This document shows positions 14,000-27,900 of a stretch of 64,000 nucleotides of DNA, in pieces. The DNA comes from Octopus sinensis (Eukaryota). The stretch spans positions 103,044,001-103,108,000 of the forward strand of contig NC_042997.1 of assembly GCF_006345805.1 (NCBI RefSeq), given 5' to 3'. Both the position numbers and the translations under genes were made by a program. The notes under the pieces were generated by a model that was given only the letters and a program-made list of their open reading frames with translations, was not told the origin of the DNA and did not search any database. How positions within the stretch are numbered: position 1 is the first letter of the stretch; each line of letters starts with the position of its first letter.

Positions 14000-14050
14000 A
14001 GCTTCCTGAAGATTTCTCTTGAATGAAACAGTTCTAGTCCTGTAGAAGCT
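14000..14050 (+). ncRNA. Type I hammerhead ribozyme
   Basis: Stem I AGCTTC/GAAGCT, CTGAAGA 14006-14012, stem II TTC/GAA, GAAA 14025-14028, stem III CAG/CTG, UA at 14043-14044. Confidence 0.8.
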
Positions 14051-14052
14051 CC

Positions 14053-14118
<66 letters not shown>

Positions 14119-14128
<10 letters not shown>

Positions 14129-14411
14129 TTAGAGACAAAACCACTATTTTGCAAATCAAACAAGGAAAGACTTAATCAATACATAAAAAAAATTTAATAT
14201 AAGTAAATAAATTTATTTATTTATTTATTTATTTACTTTATATTAAAATTTAAAAATAAATTTTTATGTATTGATTAAGTCTTTCCTTGTTTGATTTGCA
14301 AAATAGTGGTTTTGTCTCTAATTAATATTATATAATATTTTACTATAAAATTGGATTCAATCCTAAATCTGATTTTTCCCTGTAAATTTGGATTTATTCC
14401 CTAATATTTAT

Positions 14412-14418
<7 letters not shown>
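14119..14418. mobile_element. TA-flanked fold-back repeat, homologous to 9371-9628 in opposite orientation
   Basis: Arms at about 14119-14188 / 14261-14332. Confidence 0.6.
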
Positions 14419-14463
<45 letters not shown>

Positions 14464-15559
14464 CTGGGTGGGTGTGCGTGCGTGTGTATGTGTGAATTAA
14501 AAAAAAGTTTCTATGCGTTTGGTCTGGGTTATTGTTCTAATATTTACGACAATCGACAAGTTTGATTTATGAGGATAATTCAGTTTTCTTTTAATCTAAA
14601 CACGAAACTTCATATCTATAAGAAAAAAAAAAATACATAATATCACAGTCATAAATTGTTTAGAAATATGGAAATGGATAAACAGAAATGCTGCCAACCA
14701 CAAATTAAAATCCTGCTCAGACTTGACTCACTACCGATTTGCCATCGGTTTTGAAAGTCAACAATAACAACCGTTATACTAATATCTTTTACACTCGTAT
14801 TTCTAGACATAAATCAAACCGTCAAGGTGATACTGTAAGCTGTCTGTCTCAGTTAATATCATTTATTCACATACAAAACAAATTAGTTCCTGAACTTAAC
14901 CTCTCAAGCACATCTATTTCACTCCATTTTTGTTAAATGCAACAAACGACAAATTTAGTCACAGGTTCTGACGGTGTTCTTCGACAGTGTGCTCTACTAT
15001 GTGTAATACACTCTTGGATCTTACCCAATTTGTATCTACCGTAATCTCTGGAAGCATGCAACACTTTGTCATTGTGCCATTGTCAACAACCAACACATCA
15101 CTTTCAATTTGAATACTTCATTAAATATCAGAGATAGTTGTAAGCGACCACACACCCTTCTGTACTTCGTGTAAGAAACAAAGAGAGAATAATTGGAACA
15201 TTAATATGCTTGAACACAGGGGGCTGAAAAGGCATGCCAAATTGCTAACAACTTCGTTGCAGATGCTGTTTTAGTGGAGATCAGACTCTTAGCAGGGTCG
15301 TCGGTCCACCAACATATGACGTTGCCGAGAATCTCCGCTGCTGGTTAAAAGTAGCTACACTGGGGCAACCGCCAAATACGTATGATCTACATTAAAAAAA
15401 TCGTTCGACTGATGCAGTACTTGGCAAGTGTTTTATTCTGTCGATCACGAAAGGTTGACAAGCAAAGTCAATCTTGGTAGAATTTGATTTCTAACATAAA
15501 AGGTAGAACGAAAAATTGCCTGAGTTTTCTCTGATTTTAATGACACTATTAGACTACTG

Positions 15560-16750
15560 TCTTTATTTATTGGCTGCAAAAAAGGCTCTTACATATACAA
15601 AACATTAGAGAAAAAGGTTTTCAAGATGTGAAAATTTACATTTATATAGTAATAATAGGGATGTGAGCAACAAAGTAGAGTATATTGAGAGAATAAAGAT
15701 TTGGGACACACGACAAAAACAATATTGAGATAAAAGCAACTCATTCACACTAGGATGGGGAGACCATCATCTAGTTAGAATCAGGGCAGCTCACGACAAT
15801 GACTATTTTTCGTCCCGATCATCACTTCCAACGAACTAAGTCCTACAAGTTTGCTCGCAGGTCATTTTTGTTTTGAGTTGGGGTGAATTACAATCATAAT
15901 CACATCGTCCATAGTATCGCTCGATAATTTTATATAGCCTTGTGTTGTTTTTTTTTTACCAACAGCTGATATCATTTTATTCGATATAATCCTTCCTCAT
16001 CTCCTTCCTCCCTGTCAGCTTAGTACTCATTTCATTCACCTTCAGCTTATTTAGCATTTACACCCAATTTCTGAAGCTAATTCCAACAAGCGTGTGGCCA
16101 AAACACTTCAGGTGGAGGCGTTGTGCTTTGCCAAGGACTTTCGGCTACTATCTCACTCTATTTTTTCTAGGATCATCTTTTGCTTTCTATTGCCATTTGC
16201 TTTCCTTTTGTTACTGTTCCAGCTTGTTCCTCATCCTTCCATTTCTGTATCCCCACCATTACTGAAGACGTTTGAGTGGTTGGATATTGCTACTTTTAGC
16301 TTCTGGCTGGATATGTACAGGAGGAGCAGATATTTAAGCTTCTCAATCGTCATCATTCCCTGCTGTGACTGAAAGTGAGAAGATTTCGCTGGCCATTTCT
16401 ATAGCTGGGACTACCGATGCTCTGGAAGTTTCGGTTGAACTAGTTATGATCTTCATCTATGGGATGTTATTGCTATTACTTCTGCCTCTGTTGTCTGTGA
16501 CATTAATTTTTCATTTGAATTTCCTTTTCTGGAGAGAAAGCTCATTCTCAAGTGACCCTTCCACAAGAGTAGAGACTGGGTCTTCTTTGCTTCACAACCA
16601 GCCTGATTTATTTCCGCGCTCTCTGAACAGAGTAGAATTCCAGGAAATAAATAAGGATTTCGGGTTCATTAGGACTGGGTTAACCATCAACCCCTAAATA
16701 TTCACATATTATTGTGTGCCACCTCTGTGCATATCACATACCCGTAGTGT
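15560..16750 (-). mobile_element. Highly degenerate L1/Tx1-type ORF1-like element
   Basis: Minus strand LLLLYISSQKLKVAI resembles the LSIYLGRKTSKIRV motif of other ORF1 copies. KCFGH knuckle remnant. AATAAA near 15565. Confidence 0.3.
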
Positions 16751-18630
16751 CCTTACACAGGGGATAAGCCAAGCATCAACATCACTATCAATATTACAAA
16801 ACCTGAATCAGGGCAAGATTTGATTCTTAGATGAAAATCTTCAAGACTATTATTATCACATTTAAGCATTTCAGTTTATTCACTTTCTAAATGTAACGGG
16901 TCGGTAGAAAACCTCTTGGATTCACAATTCTTTATAAAAGTTTCAACAGCGAACTCACGGTGTACACCAGTCAAAACCATGGTAGTAATTAATACAGGGA
17001 ACGATAAAGCATTAGCTAATTGAAGACACCATGATCACTTGCCTAACTACACTAGCACTACACCAATGCCTGTCTAAAAATATAGGAGGTTCTTTTGTCG
17101 TATACTGTGATAAGGCTCACAGCCATAGTAACATCAACAACATGGCCAAAAATAACAACTCAGGTAAATAGAGCAACAGCAATGAGTGTAACTGACTGGA
17201 CGAAAGTAGACAGAAAATTCATAATGACAGAAGGGAAGATGAAAACACAACAGCTGAAATAACAAGAATAACAAGAGCAAGTAAGGAAGTTTCTACTGAA
17301 CTGTCGCAAACCTCTACTTAAATAATATAATTATCAAGGTGAAAAATGTACCAATAGATATTATTAACCCATTTTATCAAAAATTGAGAAAGAAGCAGAA
17401 AGAAATTATAAGATTATTCTGTTAGGATTGCTGGCCCGAAACTTGGATCACAAATATGAAACAGTAGATAAAGGTTCAACATCATACCATCATGGCATAT
17501 TCTGTACATAGATATTGTACCGAAAGATAAGCATGTTTACATATCTTGTAGATATGAAAACCAGTTCAAGATGTGTCGCAAAAAATTTGCGTCGTCATAG
17601 TCTTCGTGAGTAAGCAAAGAAATATATGTTAATTTGTAATTTGGTACTTTCACTCAAGGTGCACATGACTGTACACGCTATGTGTGGTATAATGCTGATG
17701 CCTCCCGCTATACTATGCTTGTCTACTGTTCTGTTTATCTTCTCGATCTGCTTGTCTTTCTACCTCTTGTTTCAAACTGTTATACATTTTTACCCATCAC
17801 CTCCCTAGATATTTTTCCTTTACAATTCTGACTACTTTAGACATTCAAAACTATCTTCACAGCCTGTATATTTTTTACATCACATCACTGCTTACTGATG
17901 CATACCCTCTAATCACTTTTCCCTTTTCCTCTTTCTCATTCTGTTTATGTGTGAATCTGTGCTATTGTCTCTGCTTTTTGTATGTTTCTAGTCCTTGTCT
18001 ATTCATTTGACTTGACCTTTGGTATGGTCGCATTTCAACTAACCTGGATCTTGTTAAAAATCCCACTATTGCACTGTCACACATCACTTCCTCTGCTATC
18101 ACACAGCTCTCACACCACTCATACAAACACCCACTAGCCACTTCTTTCTAAAAACCAACCTCATGTTAGCGATTTACACTATTCTGTCTCATTAGCTACT
18201 TCGCAACCCAGATACTGCATTTTCTACTATTGTCTCTCTTTGAACAACGTCAAGTATCCGAAACGTTAGATTATTTCACTATTCACAGATAGTCATCTCA
18301 CCGGCCTTTCCTATGAATTTCGTATGGACACATCAGTTCTCGTGATTAACATCGGTAAAATAGAAGAAGAATATTCTGGATATCTATCATTGGACAGTTA
18401 GTAGAGGAGAAGCAACCAACTGCCTTGTTGGTGTTAAAGTCTGTGACAACAAATTTTGAGGCATTGTTAACCTAATCATTGATAATTGGGAATATGCAGA
18501 AATCTATAGAGCAGATTGTTGTATCACATAGATAAAACATTAGGTAGATATAGAAAAATTCCATATTTCAAGGCCTCCTTATCCATTTGCTGTCAAATAT
18601 CGACCCACAATATTGAAGTAAACTTTAAAA

Positions 18631-21589
18631 CAGTGGTTTTCAACCAGGATTCCGCGGAACCTTAGGGTTCCGCCAGTACAGTCCAGGGGTTCCGCAAGAA
18701 GTTACATAAATGCTAAACTCGACAGTAATTGTTAATTCTCCTGTGCAGATATCTATGTACATGTTTGGCCTACGTGTACATCTACGATTTGCACGCCAGC
18801 GTAGATGACCCTGATCCTTGGTGTGTATATGTAGGCCTACAACGTGTACAACTACGAGTTACTCGCTAGCGTAGATGACCCTGATCCTTGGTGTGTACAT
18901 GTACGTGCACATCTACGAGTTGCATGCCAGCTTAGATGATGGTTTAGTTTCTTTTGTAAAATACGAGTGACTATATTTGGAAGAAACATTTTAACTGCGT
19001 AAGCCATTTAGGTGTTGTTGTTAATACGCCTTTTAAAAGATCTTTAGCTTTTTAAAAGGCGTTTTTGTAAAATCTTTTTCTTGTATGACGTCTATTAATA
19101 TTTGATCAAATGTTACGATTAAAAAATTCGAAAGAAAGTTGAATTACTTATGTAGAAAAAAAATAAGAAATAGGGAAACTGATACTAAATTATAAGATAT
19201 GTAAATATGCATAAATATTAATTCCTTACAAGTTTCTGAATTAGAATAATAAACAAATAAATGCCATTTTAAATTCAAATCCGAAAATCTATTTTATTAT
19301 TATATGCATATTTACTAAAAAAGATTAATAAAGAAAGCTAAATTTTACATCATTAAACTCGCTACACTTTAAAGATCATTTTGTCCTGCGACTATTAGGT
19401 TTGCTTTTATATATATATACAATTCTGCTTACAGCCTTACAAATATGGATAGATTTCTGAAACAAAAACGTAAGTTAGATACAGATGAAGAGACGCAGGG
19501 TCTGAGTCAGTCTGTTGAAGCTGCAGCCACTGCCAGTGATGCTGCCTCGTCGAAATTACTAAGAAATGATGGAATTAAACTGCAACTAAAAGTTCGTCAA
19601 TATTGTGAAAACTTCATAGCTCTGGGATTTACTTAGACCGGAAACCCAGACTGCCCTTCACCTTTGTGTACTGTTTGTGGGGAGAAGCTGGCTAATAGTG
19701 TTATGGCACCAGCCAAACTGAAACAACACTTAACAACTAAACATCTAGAGTTGTCATGCAAAAATGAACAATATTTTAAAAGAGAATTGGCATTTAATAA
19801 AAGGCAAGTTTCTATGTTTGCCAAAAAGTTCAAGTTGAGTGACAAAGGACAAGAAGCAAGTTATGCTGTGGCGGAGATAGTTGCTAGAAAAATGAAATCT
19901 CATACCATCGCTGAAACTGTAATTTTACCTGCATGCCAGGAAATAGTGAGGATAATATTTGGAGAGGATGCTGTATCAGAGCTAAATAAAATTCCACTTT
20001 CTGACAACACGATAAGACATGTCAGGAGATATCGAGTGCAATATTAAGTCAAAAATACTGAAACATAAGTTGTTTGCACTTCAAGTTGATGAGAGTACAG
20101 ACATCACTGGTAAATCACAGCTCCTTGTATTTGTTCGTTTTATTAATGATGAAGCTATTGTAGAAGACGTCCTGTGTTGCAAAGAGTTGCCAGAAACAAG
20201 AAAAGGACAAGATGTATTTGATGTTTTAAATTCATATTTAGAGTATTGTGGATTGAACTGGAAAAACTGTGTTGGTATTTGTACAGATGGTGTCCCTGTA
20301 ATGACAAGATGTCTTAAAGGCTTTGTCCTAATCGCACAAAAACAAAATCCAAATATTATCCATACTCATTGTTTCATTCATAGAGAAGCACTAGTTGCTA
20401 AAAATCTTGGACCTGAACTAAAATCTGCATTGGATATAGTAGTGAAAATAGATAATTACTTCAAAATAAGGCCCCTTAAGTGTCGACAGTTTGCGAAACT
20501 TTGTGTGGGTATGGAAGCAGACCGTTCCACCTTAATCCAGCTCACAGAAATACGATGGTTGTCAAGGGGGAAAGTAATGTCTCGTTTTTACGAATTCAGA
20601 GAAGAGTTATTGACCTTTTGTTTGCAAGAAAACCTGAAAGACTTTGTAGAATGTTTGAGTGATGACCATTGGTGTTCCAAGTTAGCATATCTTGCCAATA
20701 TATTTCATGAGCTAAGCCTCATGCAGGGCAGGAACGAAAATATCTTGTCTTCTACTGACAAAATAAATGCTTTTCAGAAGAAATTGACAATATGGGAGAA
20801 ACGCATAGCTGCAGGAAATTGGGAAATGTTTCCAAGTGTTTTGAAAAGGAATTGTCAAGAAACTGAGCTACTGATTTTGAACCATTTGCACACTTTGTTA
20901 AAAATCTTGACAAATATTTTCCATCAATATCTGTTGACCAGTATGACTGGATTAGAAACTCATTTGTGGAATTTGAGCCATTTGAAGAACAGTTCACATT
21001 AACAGAAGAAGAAGAACTTGCCAGTGTTTTAAATGACAGAACATTAAAGTTGAAGCATTCTGAGCTTCACCTGAATGTATTTTGGTTGCTGGTTGAAAAG
21101 GAATATCCTGCAATCGCCCAGAAAGCGCTGCGACTTCTTGTGCAGTTTTCACTTCTGTGAATTTGGATTTTCAGCCCTGACAACCATCAAGCACAAGAAG
21201 CGAGCACAATTGCTGTCTGTGGAAGATGAACTTCATGTGTTTCTATCAAAAACACGACCCAATCTTAAAGAGTTGTGCAAGAAACACCAGACTCAAGTTT
21301 CTCATTGAGTTTTTGATGAGAATAAATGTAATCTATTCAAACTAAAGTTTTTTTTTAATATATGTTTTAATAATAACTGTAGATGCAAGAATAAAATTGC
21401 ATATGTACGTGACAATCTTTTTACAGTTTGTGATTTTATTGTAAATAAATCTGAACATGAGTATTTTCATTTCATTAATTAAATGCTGTTTTTTTTGCAT
21501 AAGACAATTAAATTATTGCACAGGGTTTCCTCGAGTCAGTGGAATGTTTCCTTGGGGTTCCGCTCTAGCAAAAAGGTTGAAAGGCACTG
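18631..21589 (+). mobile_element. Full-length hAT transposon (Buster/Charlie group)
   Basis: TIRs CAGTGGTTTTCAACC / GGTTGAAAGGCACTG. Perfect 8-bp TSD CTTTAAAA (18623-18630, 21590-21597) with central TA. Confidence 0.93.
19445..21308 (+). pseudogene. hAT transposase (BED finger, DDE, dimerisation domain), disrupted
   Basis: CTVC..HLTTKH, FALQVDESTD, CTDG, HCFIHREAL, RWLS, CEFGFS. Stop at 19634-19636 and several frameshifts. Confidence 0.9.
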
Positions 21590-21963
21590 CTTTAAAATGT
21601 TCATTTATAGCAACATGCTTATTTTTGTTCCAATATTTCTGAAAATTGCCGGCAACAGAACACGTTTCTGTGTGCTGTGCATAGTGGATCCCAACATTTG
21701 TTGCTTTTCAGACTTCCGGTTCCTAAAAGTGAATATAATTTATACAATTCCATTAAGTCGATTATATTCCTCCCGTTCAATTTGTATATTTGTCGAAAAG
21801 TATAACCAGCAGCAGCACCAGCACAACCCCCACCCACCACCACCACCGTCGTCGTCGTCGTCGTCGTCGACATCATCACCATTACTAACACTGACGATGG
21901 AGTTGGTGATAATGATTTGATGATTATCAACGTTACTGCAGATGATAATGAGTAATTGCCTGG

Positions 21964-22320
21964 TTACATCCGCCTTAGCGAAGGCGGAGGTATTGTTTCC
22001 TGTCGTGTTTGTTTGTTTGTTTGCTTGTTTGTTTGTCCGTGGACAATATAACTCAAGAATTGCTGGCTGGATTCTGATGAAACTTCCAGGGATGTTTGGC
22101 TTCGTAGCTGGCACGAACTGATTAGATTTTGGGATCGATCCGGTACTGGACAAAGATTCTGGTTTATTTTTCCGTTTTTTTTTTTTGCTTAATTTTTAAG
22201 AGCGGTCGGGCTCATTTTTAGTATTCTCGTTTGTGAGAGCAGTCGAGCTTATTTCAGATATTATCATTTTAAAGTTGGTGTTGCCTTGGCGGAGGTTTGC
22301 GCTCTCTGAGTGCTCTTGTT
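21964..22320 (+). mobile_element. Helentron-associated (HINE/DINE-like) non-autonomous element
   Basis: Sub-terminal IR TCCGCC..GGCGGAGG, (TTTG)n, 3' GGCGGAGG plus hairpin GCGCTC-TCT-GAGTGC. A 3' remnant also sits at about 46997-47035. Confidence 0.65.
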
Positions 22321-23309
22321 AAAGTTGGATAATTGTTCTTATTTATCAATATACCCGTTTGTTTCTTTGATCACAGATGATGGATGAATAATTCACAACG
22401 GCCGGAATTGAACCCATGGTAATGTGGCACCAAATATCATAGAGTTAAACACTGTCTACTCTTTTACTCGTTTCTCCAAAGAATGGAAAATGTAAGTATG
22501 TATTATAATATACAGCAGCAAAGAAACATAATACTGTTAATACATTAGTAATTTTATATTCGAACTAGCTGCCAAGAATGCCTTATATTTCCAAAGTGGT
22601 CAATTTAGTTTACTTAGAGGTCTTTGTTAAATGTTACATTATAAATAATACATTAATGAACAATTACAAAAAGCTGCACGATCGCTTGTGAAAATCCCAA
22701 AAGGATTAAAACGTGACATGTACCGTTGTTCTCCGCTTTTGCTGTATACGAAAATATGTACATAAAAAATGTATTGTTTACAATCATTGTAACGCCCGGT
22801 GTTTGCTATAAAACATCTATAGATATATTATTCTTCTATAATGCAGTATGTACAATATAGCTAAGGAACCAAAAATTCATTATACAATTGGTTTAACATT
22901 GGACTCATATGGTTCGTCGCTTGTAAATATATATCAATAGAAATCGTAATTTAAAAAAAAATTTAGTAGAGATAAGTTTCACAAGTGCTAATCAACAAAC
23001 TGAGTTCGATTCTCTGTTTTAATTATTTGACATTTTACACTGATGATATCCCTACGTCGACCCAAAAAACAACAATAAGCACACACGTGTTCAGACATTT
23101 ATTTCTTTGACCATAATTATTTGTAGCTGTATGTTTACATGAGAGTGTATGTTGACTGAGTGGATAAGATAATGGGAAATTAATCAAGAGGCAAGAAGTG
23201 TCTAACTTTAATGTCACCACATTGTGCTCGTGACTAATACGACTCATTTAGTCGGCTCAGTCTACCGGGCTGAAAACAGATATCACAGAATAAAAATAAC
23301 TTTTCGATA

Positions 23310-23720
23310 GGCGCAGGAGTGGCTGTGTGGTAAGTAGCTTGCTAACCAACCACATGGTTCCGGGTTCAGTCCTACTGCGTGGCATCTTGGGCAAGTGTCT
23401 TCTGCTATAGCCTCGGGCCGACCAAAGCCTTGTGAGTGGATTTGGTAGACGGAAACTGAAAGAAGCCTGTCGTATATATTTATATATATATATATGTATG
23501 TGTGTTTGTTTGTGTGTCTGTGTTTGTCCCCCTAGCATTGCTTGACAACCGATACTGGTGTGTTTACGTCTCCGTCACTTAGCGGTTCGGCAAAAAGAGA
23601 CCGATAGAATAAGTACTGGGCTTACAAAAAAAGAATAAGTCCCGGGGTCGAGTTGCTCGACTAAAGGCGGTGCTCCAGCATGGCCGCAGTCAAATGACTG
23701 AAACAAATAAAATAGTAAAA
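23310..23720 (+). mobile_element. SINE family A, full length
   Basis: Homologous to 1472-1951. Confidence 0.88.
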
Positions 23721-23773
23721 TAGTAAATAGTAGTATAGTAGTTCGGTGGGTTACAGTATTGATTTCAACATCT

Positions 23774-24178
23774 GCGTAGGAGTGGCTGTGTGGTAAGTAG
23801 CTTTTGTACCAACCACATGGTTCCGGGTTCAGTCCCACTGCATGGCATCTTGGGCAACTGTCTTCTACTATAGCTTTGGGTCGACCAAAGCCTTGTGAGT
23901 GGATTTGGTAGACGGAAACTGAAAGAAGCCCGTCGTATATATGTATATATATATATATATGTGTGTGTATATGTTTGTCCCCCCCAACATCGCTTGACAA
24001 CCGATGCTGGTGTGTTTACGTCACCGTAACTTAGCAGTTCGGCAAAAGAAACTGATAGAATAAGTACTAGGCCTACAAAGAATAGGTCCTGGGGTCGATT
24101 TGCTCGGCCAAAGGCGGTGCTCCAGCATCGCCACAGTCAAGTGACTGAAACAAGTAAAAGAGTAAAAGAGTAAAAAGA
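23774..24178 (+). mobile_element. SINE family A, full length
   Basis: Homologous to 1472-1951. Confidence 0.88.
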
Positions 24179-24860
24179 GAGAGAGTATATTTTAGGGAAG
24201 TGGCTACATAGATGTTCTGAACCCTAATAACCTACTTTTAAAAGTCAATAACTCTGAACACACGTTGATAGATATCTCTGATCTTGGAAAGTCAAGTAGT
24301 TGATTAACATAGTTCAATTAGAGGATGAAAGGAATGTTCATGTAAGTGACTGATACAGGGATATAAATATTTCTATTAAATTTCTATTAAGATAAGTAGA
24401 AAGGTCAGACATTCTGATTTCGTTTCTTCTTATAAGTGCCAAAAGACTTTCGACAAGCACAATGCCCGTGACAATGAGTAACTAATACTGGATGACTAGA
24501 GAATGTTTTTTTTTTTTCTAGTAGTAATGATGCTTAACTGTAGGAGTGGAACATTTTGTAGGAGTGTTTAAAGGAGTGAAACATTTTCCTTAAACTGAAG
24601 TAGATTTTGTAATGAGTTACATTTTGTTTTAAAATTTCGTTCCGATATTTTGCCAGCGTTTGCGGAGGTGGAAGTAATGTCATTATATTTTGAGATAAAG
24701 AAATGCAATTACTGTTTGTATGTACCTTCATACCAGATACTAATTTTCTAATCTTTTAAAACCACAACTCTTGTTATCTCTCTCACTTTCTCTCTTCCTC
24801 ACACTTACTTATACGTATGTACGCTCTCTTTCCTTCATCCTATCTCTCTCCATATATATA

Positions 24861-24938
<78 letters not shown>

Positions 24939-27900
24939 ATATATACATACGAAAACGAGAACGTTGCGTCTGCCTTTTCTTCACAGTAACCGCATTCTCT
25001 CTCTGAGAGTGAGAGGAAAAAAAGAGTCAAAGAAAGAAGCAGAGAGTGGATGAGAGAGGGAAGCATTGCTATAGTCACATATGCTTATTTTTGTTTGTCT
25101 TTATATCTTTGCAATGGCACATTTCCAAAACCTAACTGTATCAAGGAGGGAAATGAAAAGAAAAAAAGTCAGAAATCAGCATATGACCTACATATTTCTC
25201 CTTTGAGTTTTGATACAAATACTAAAGATATCTATTATTACTTTACGAGAATTTGGTTGCACGAAGCAACAGATTTACGACGGTGTGCTTTATTTTCCTT
25301 TTTTACACTCCAATATATATATATATCATTATTATTATTATTATCTCATTATTATATAGGCACACAAGTAAATTTTAAGAAAGAAGGTTATAATTTATAT
25401 AATCGATTCAAATATGTTACTGGTGCTTAATTTAAAGCTTGCTGTGGGATGAAAGACAAAATTAACTCTCCTTGGATTTTACTTCAGAACGTAGCTGTAC
25501 AAAACTGAAGTCAGGTACTTTAACAGCAATGCCAAACCTCCGCTTTTTACAATATGATATAAATAGTATCTCGTGTATTGGCAACAACTAAAGTAGTTTG
25601 AGTTTTGTAGTTTGCAGTAACTTAATGCTTTATCTTGTTATGCACAGAAATGTATTTTCTTTACGTAATGCATGTTAATTACAAGGTACATATAACACTT
25701 ATATATGTCACTTTTATATCCAACGAAGTTTAATAAGATCCATATTTAATTCGCGTGTTATTTTAAGAAGGCATTTCTGTATTCTAGTTAAGAGTTACTC
25801 TATGATATAAAATTTAATTCATGTAGGTTCTGTCTGGTATTAAATAAGCATATATACTAATCATATCTTACAGGTATGATGAATATTAGTGCAGTCACGG
25901 ACTATAGTATATCTATTTAAAATCAGATATCGTATTATCTGACATAGGTGTTTAATGGGTCTGTCATATTTCAGGGAATGTACTCTTTACTCTTTTTCAA
26001 ATAAAAGAAAAAGAAATAAAAAAATTTGGCGAAGAACCTGTTGGTAACAAGTTTTCTTTCTTCGATATGAAGAGGAAAATAGTTATAGAAATAAAGGATC
26101 ATAGAAAATCTGTATAAGATAATACAATACCAGTTTTTTTTAATATTTCAATAATTTAAGAAGTAATAGTCTTTCATAGAGTAATAGACTTAATCATTCG
26201 CCCAGTTTAACATCAATTATGGTCTTTGGTTACATTTAGTGAACCCCACTACGTTGAAGCATTCGTACCATTTCCGATCTGCGTATAATTTACAACATAT
26301 CTCCATATAACTCAACCGGAAGGCTCTGAAAAGGGACATGAACATTGCCTTTCTTTCTCTGATAAACTATAAAGGATTAACATATTTTTTTATGTGACCC
26401 ACATTATTGCTACTGCTCAGAATGCAACTACTTCATGCCTAAACATTTTACTGCATATCCTAAAAAAAGATAATTTGACCGATAGTTAGACCCATATATC
26501 AATACACTTCGACTACTACCCCACCAACACAGTCGTCTGGTGTCACTGTAATATACACTTGTTTCACTCTCTCGCACTCCTTTTACCTTAATTCGTCACA
26601 TCCTCTCAGCCCGTATCAGTCACTTCATATATACATTCTATTCTAAAACGTCAAACCAACAAGGGAGCCTCTTCGTGATTGCTCAATCTTTTAGAAATAG
26701 TAGCTAAATTTATCCCAGATCATACTCTAAATTCATTGGACAGAAAGTACACAAGTCGAAAAAGGTAGACTTGAAACACGCATATGACAGGGTGGTCACA
26801 GCTGCAGTGCTTTTGATTACCGATCTATATACGACCAGGGTTGACCTTATGCTATAGAAAAGCGAAAACCCTAAAACTGAAATTGTCTGCTACTCTCTTC
26901 TTGGCGACGTTTACTCTACAGACATCACACTATTGAAATTTATGAGGAACACTAACTGAATTGATCATGGCATTTTTGTTTATAATTTCGTCTTGTTAGT
27001 GACTCCTGCGTGGGTGCGCAAAAATGAAATATTGAAATTACGGTGGAGGACCACTTATATTCCAGTGATGTCTTCTAAACATTACTTTTAATCACATTTG
27101 TTTCTATGCAGTCAATATAACTTGTAAACCTTTCAACATACAGCAACTTCATCATGCTTTTTAGATATTTATGTCAAACGTGCACATACAGGGACTCAAA
27201 AGAACTTCCAGATAGGCACATGAAAACCTAGGGCCTTTCCAAAGAATCAACAAGACAAACACAAACACCAAGGGAGAGGTATTGTATTACACTCTCATTA
27301 TACTTGAATAACGTATAACGATTACAACTGTTAAGTTCCATAATATTAAAGGTGATAAAACCTGACTCTATAAACTAGGTTTCCTCTTTAGAACCAGAAC
27401 ATATTTCACATCTGACAAGTTACTAAACATTTACAAAGCTCAACTAAGATCTGCCCTCAATCTTCACATACTTTGATTGAGCTATTGCGGACTTCACAAA
27501 TACCATAAACTACATCTCGAAATGAATTAAGAGAATTTTCAATGTTTCACCATTACGAAACCCACTCGATGTATGTAACTCTTCACTGTCTTACTTCAAT
27601 AACTGTACTTAACACTGCCTGATCTTTCCTCCCTAGCTAGTAGTATTCTGGATCCCTTCCTTATCCACATTTTCCCTGCAGGCATCACCTGTATACATTT
27701 TGCTTTATGTCGGTCATATCGATTTCATTATTCTGAAATAAAAGACAAGAACTTTGTTTCCTAATACTTTGATTAAAAATAAAGAATCTGCTGTGGTCGT
27801 TTTCATTATATCTCTTCCTTCATGCATGGGCTTTTGCAGCTGAAAACTTTGAACTTAGTCCTGTACAACAATGAACCATTTATCATTTATACAGTGTATC

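Larger units (their letters stand above)
9686..14059 (+). mobile_element. 5'-truncated Penelope-like element with an inverted terminal (pLTR) copy
   Basis: GIY-YIG-type C-terminal fragment at 10248-10565. About 490-bp inverted repeat 9762-10247 vs 13572-14059, each copy carrying a hammerhead. (TA)n flanks. Confidence 0.7.

Noticed and set aside
18235-18282. Hammerhead-like TTGAACA..CCGAAACGTTAGA
   Set aside because: The 3-8 core pair is broken and stem II is unpaired. At best a dead Penelope remnant.
19445-21308. Domesticated ZBED/SCAND-type host gene
   Set aside because: TIRs and TSD are intact while the ORF is disrupted, so it is a transposon copy.
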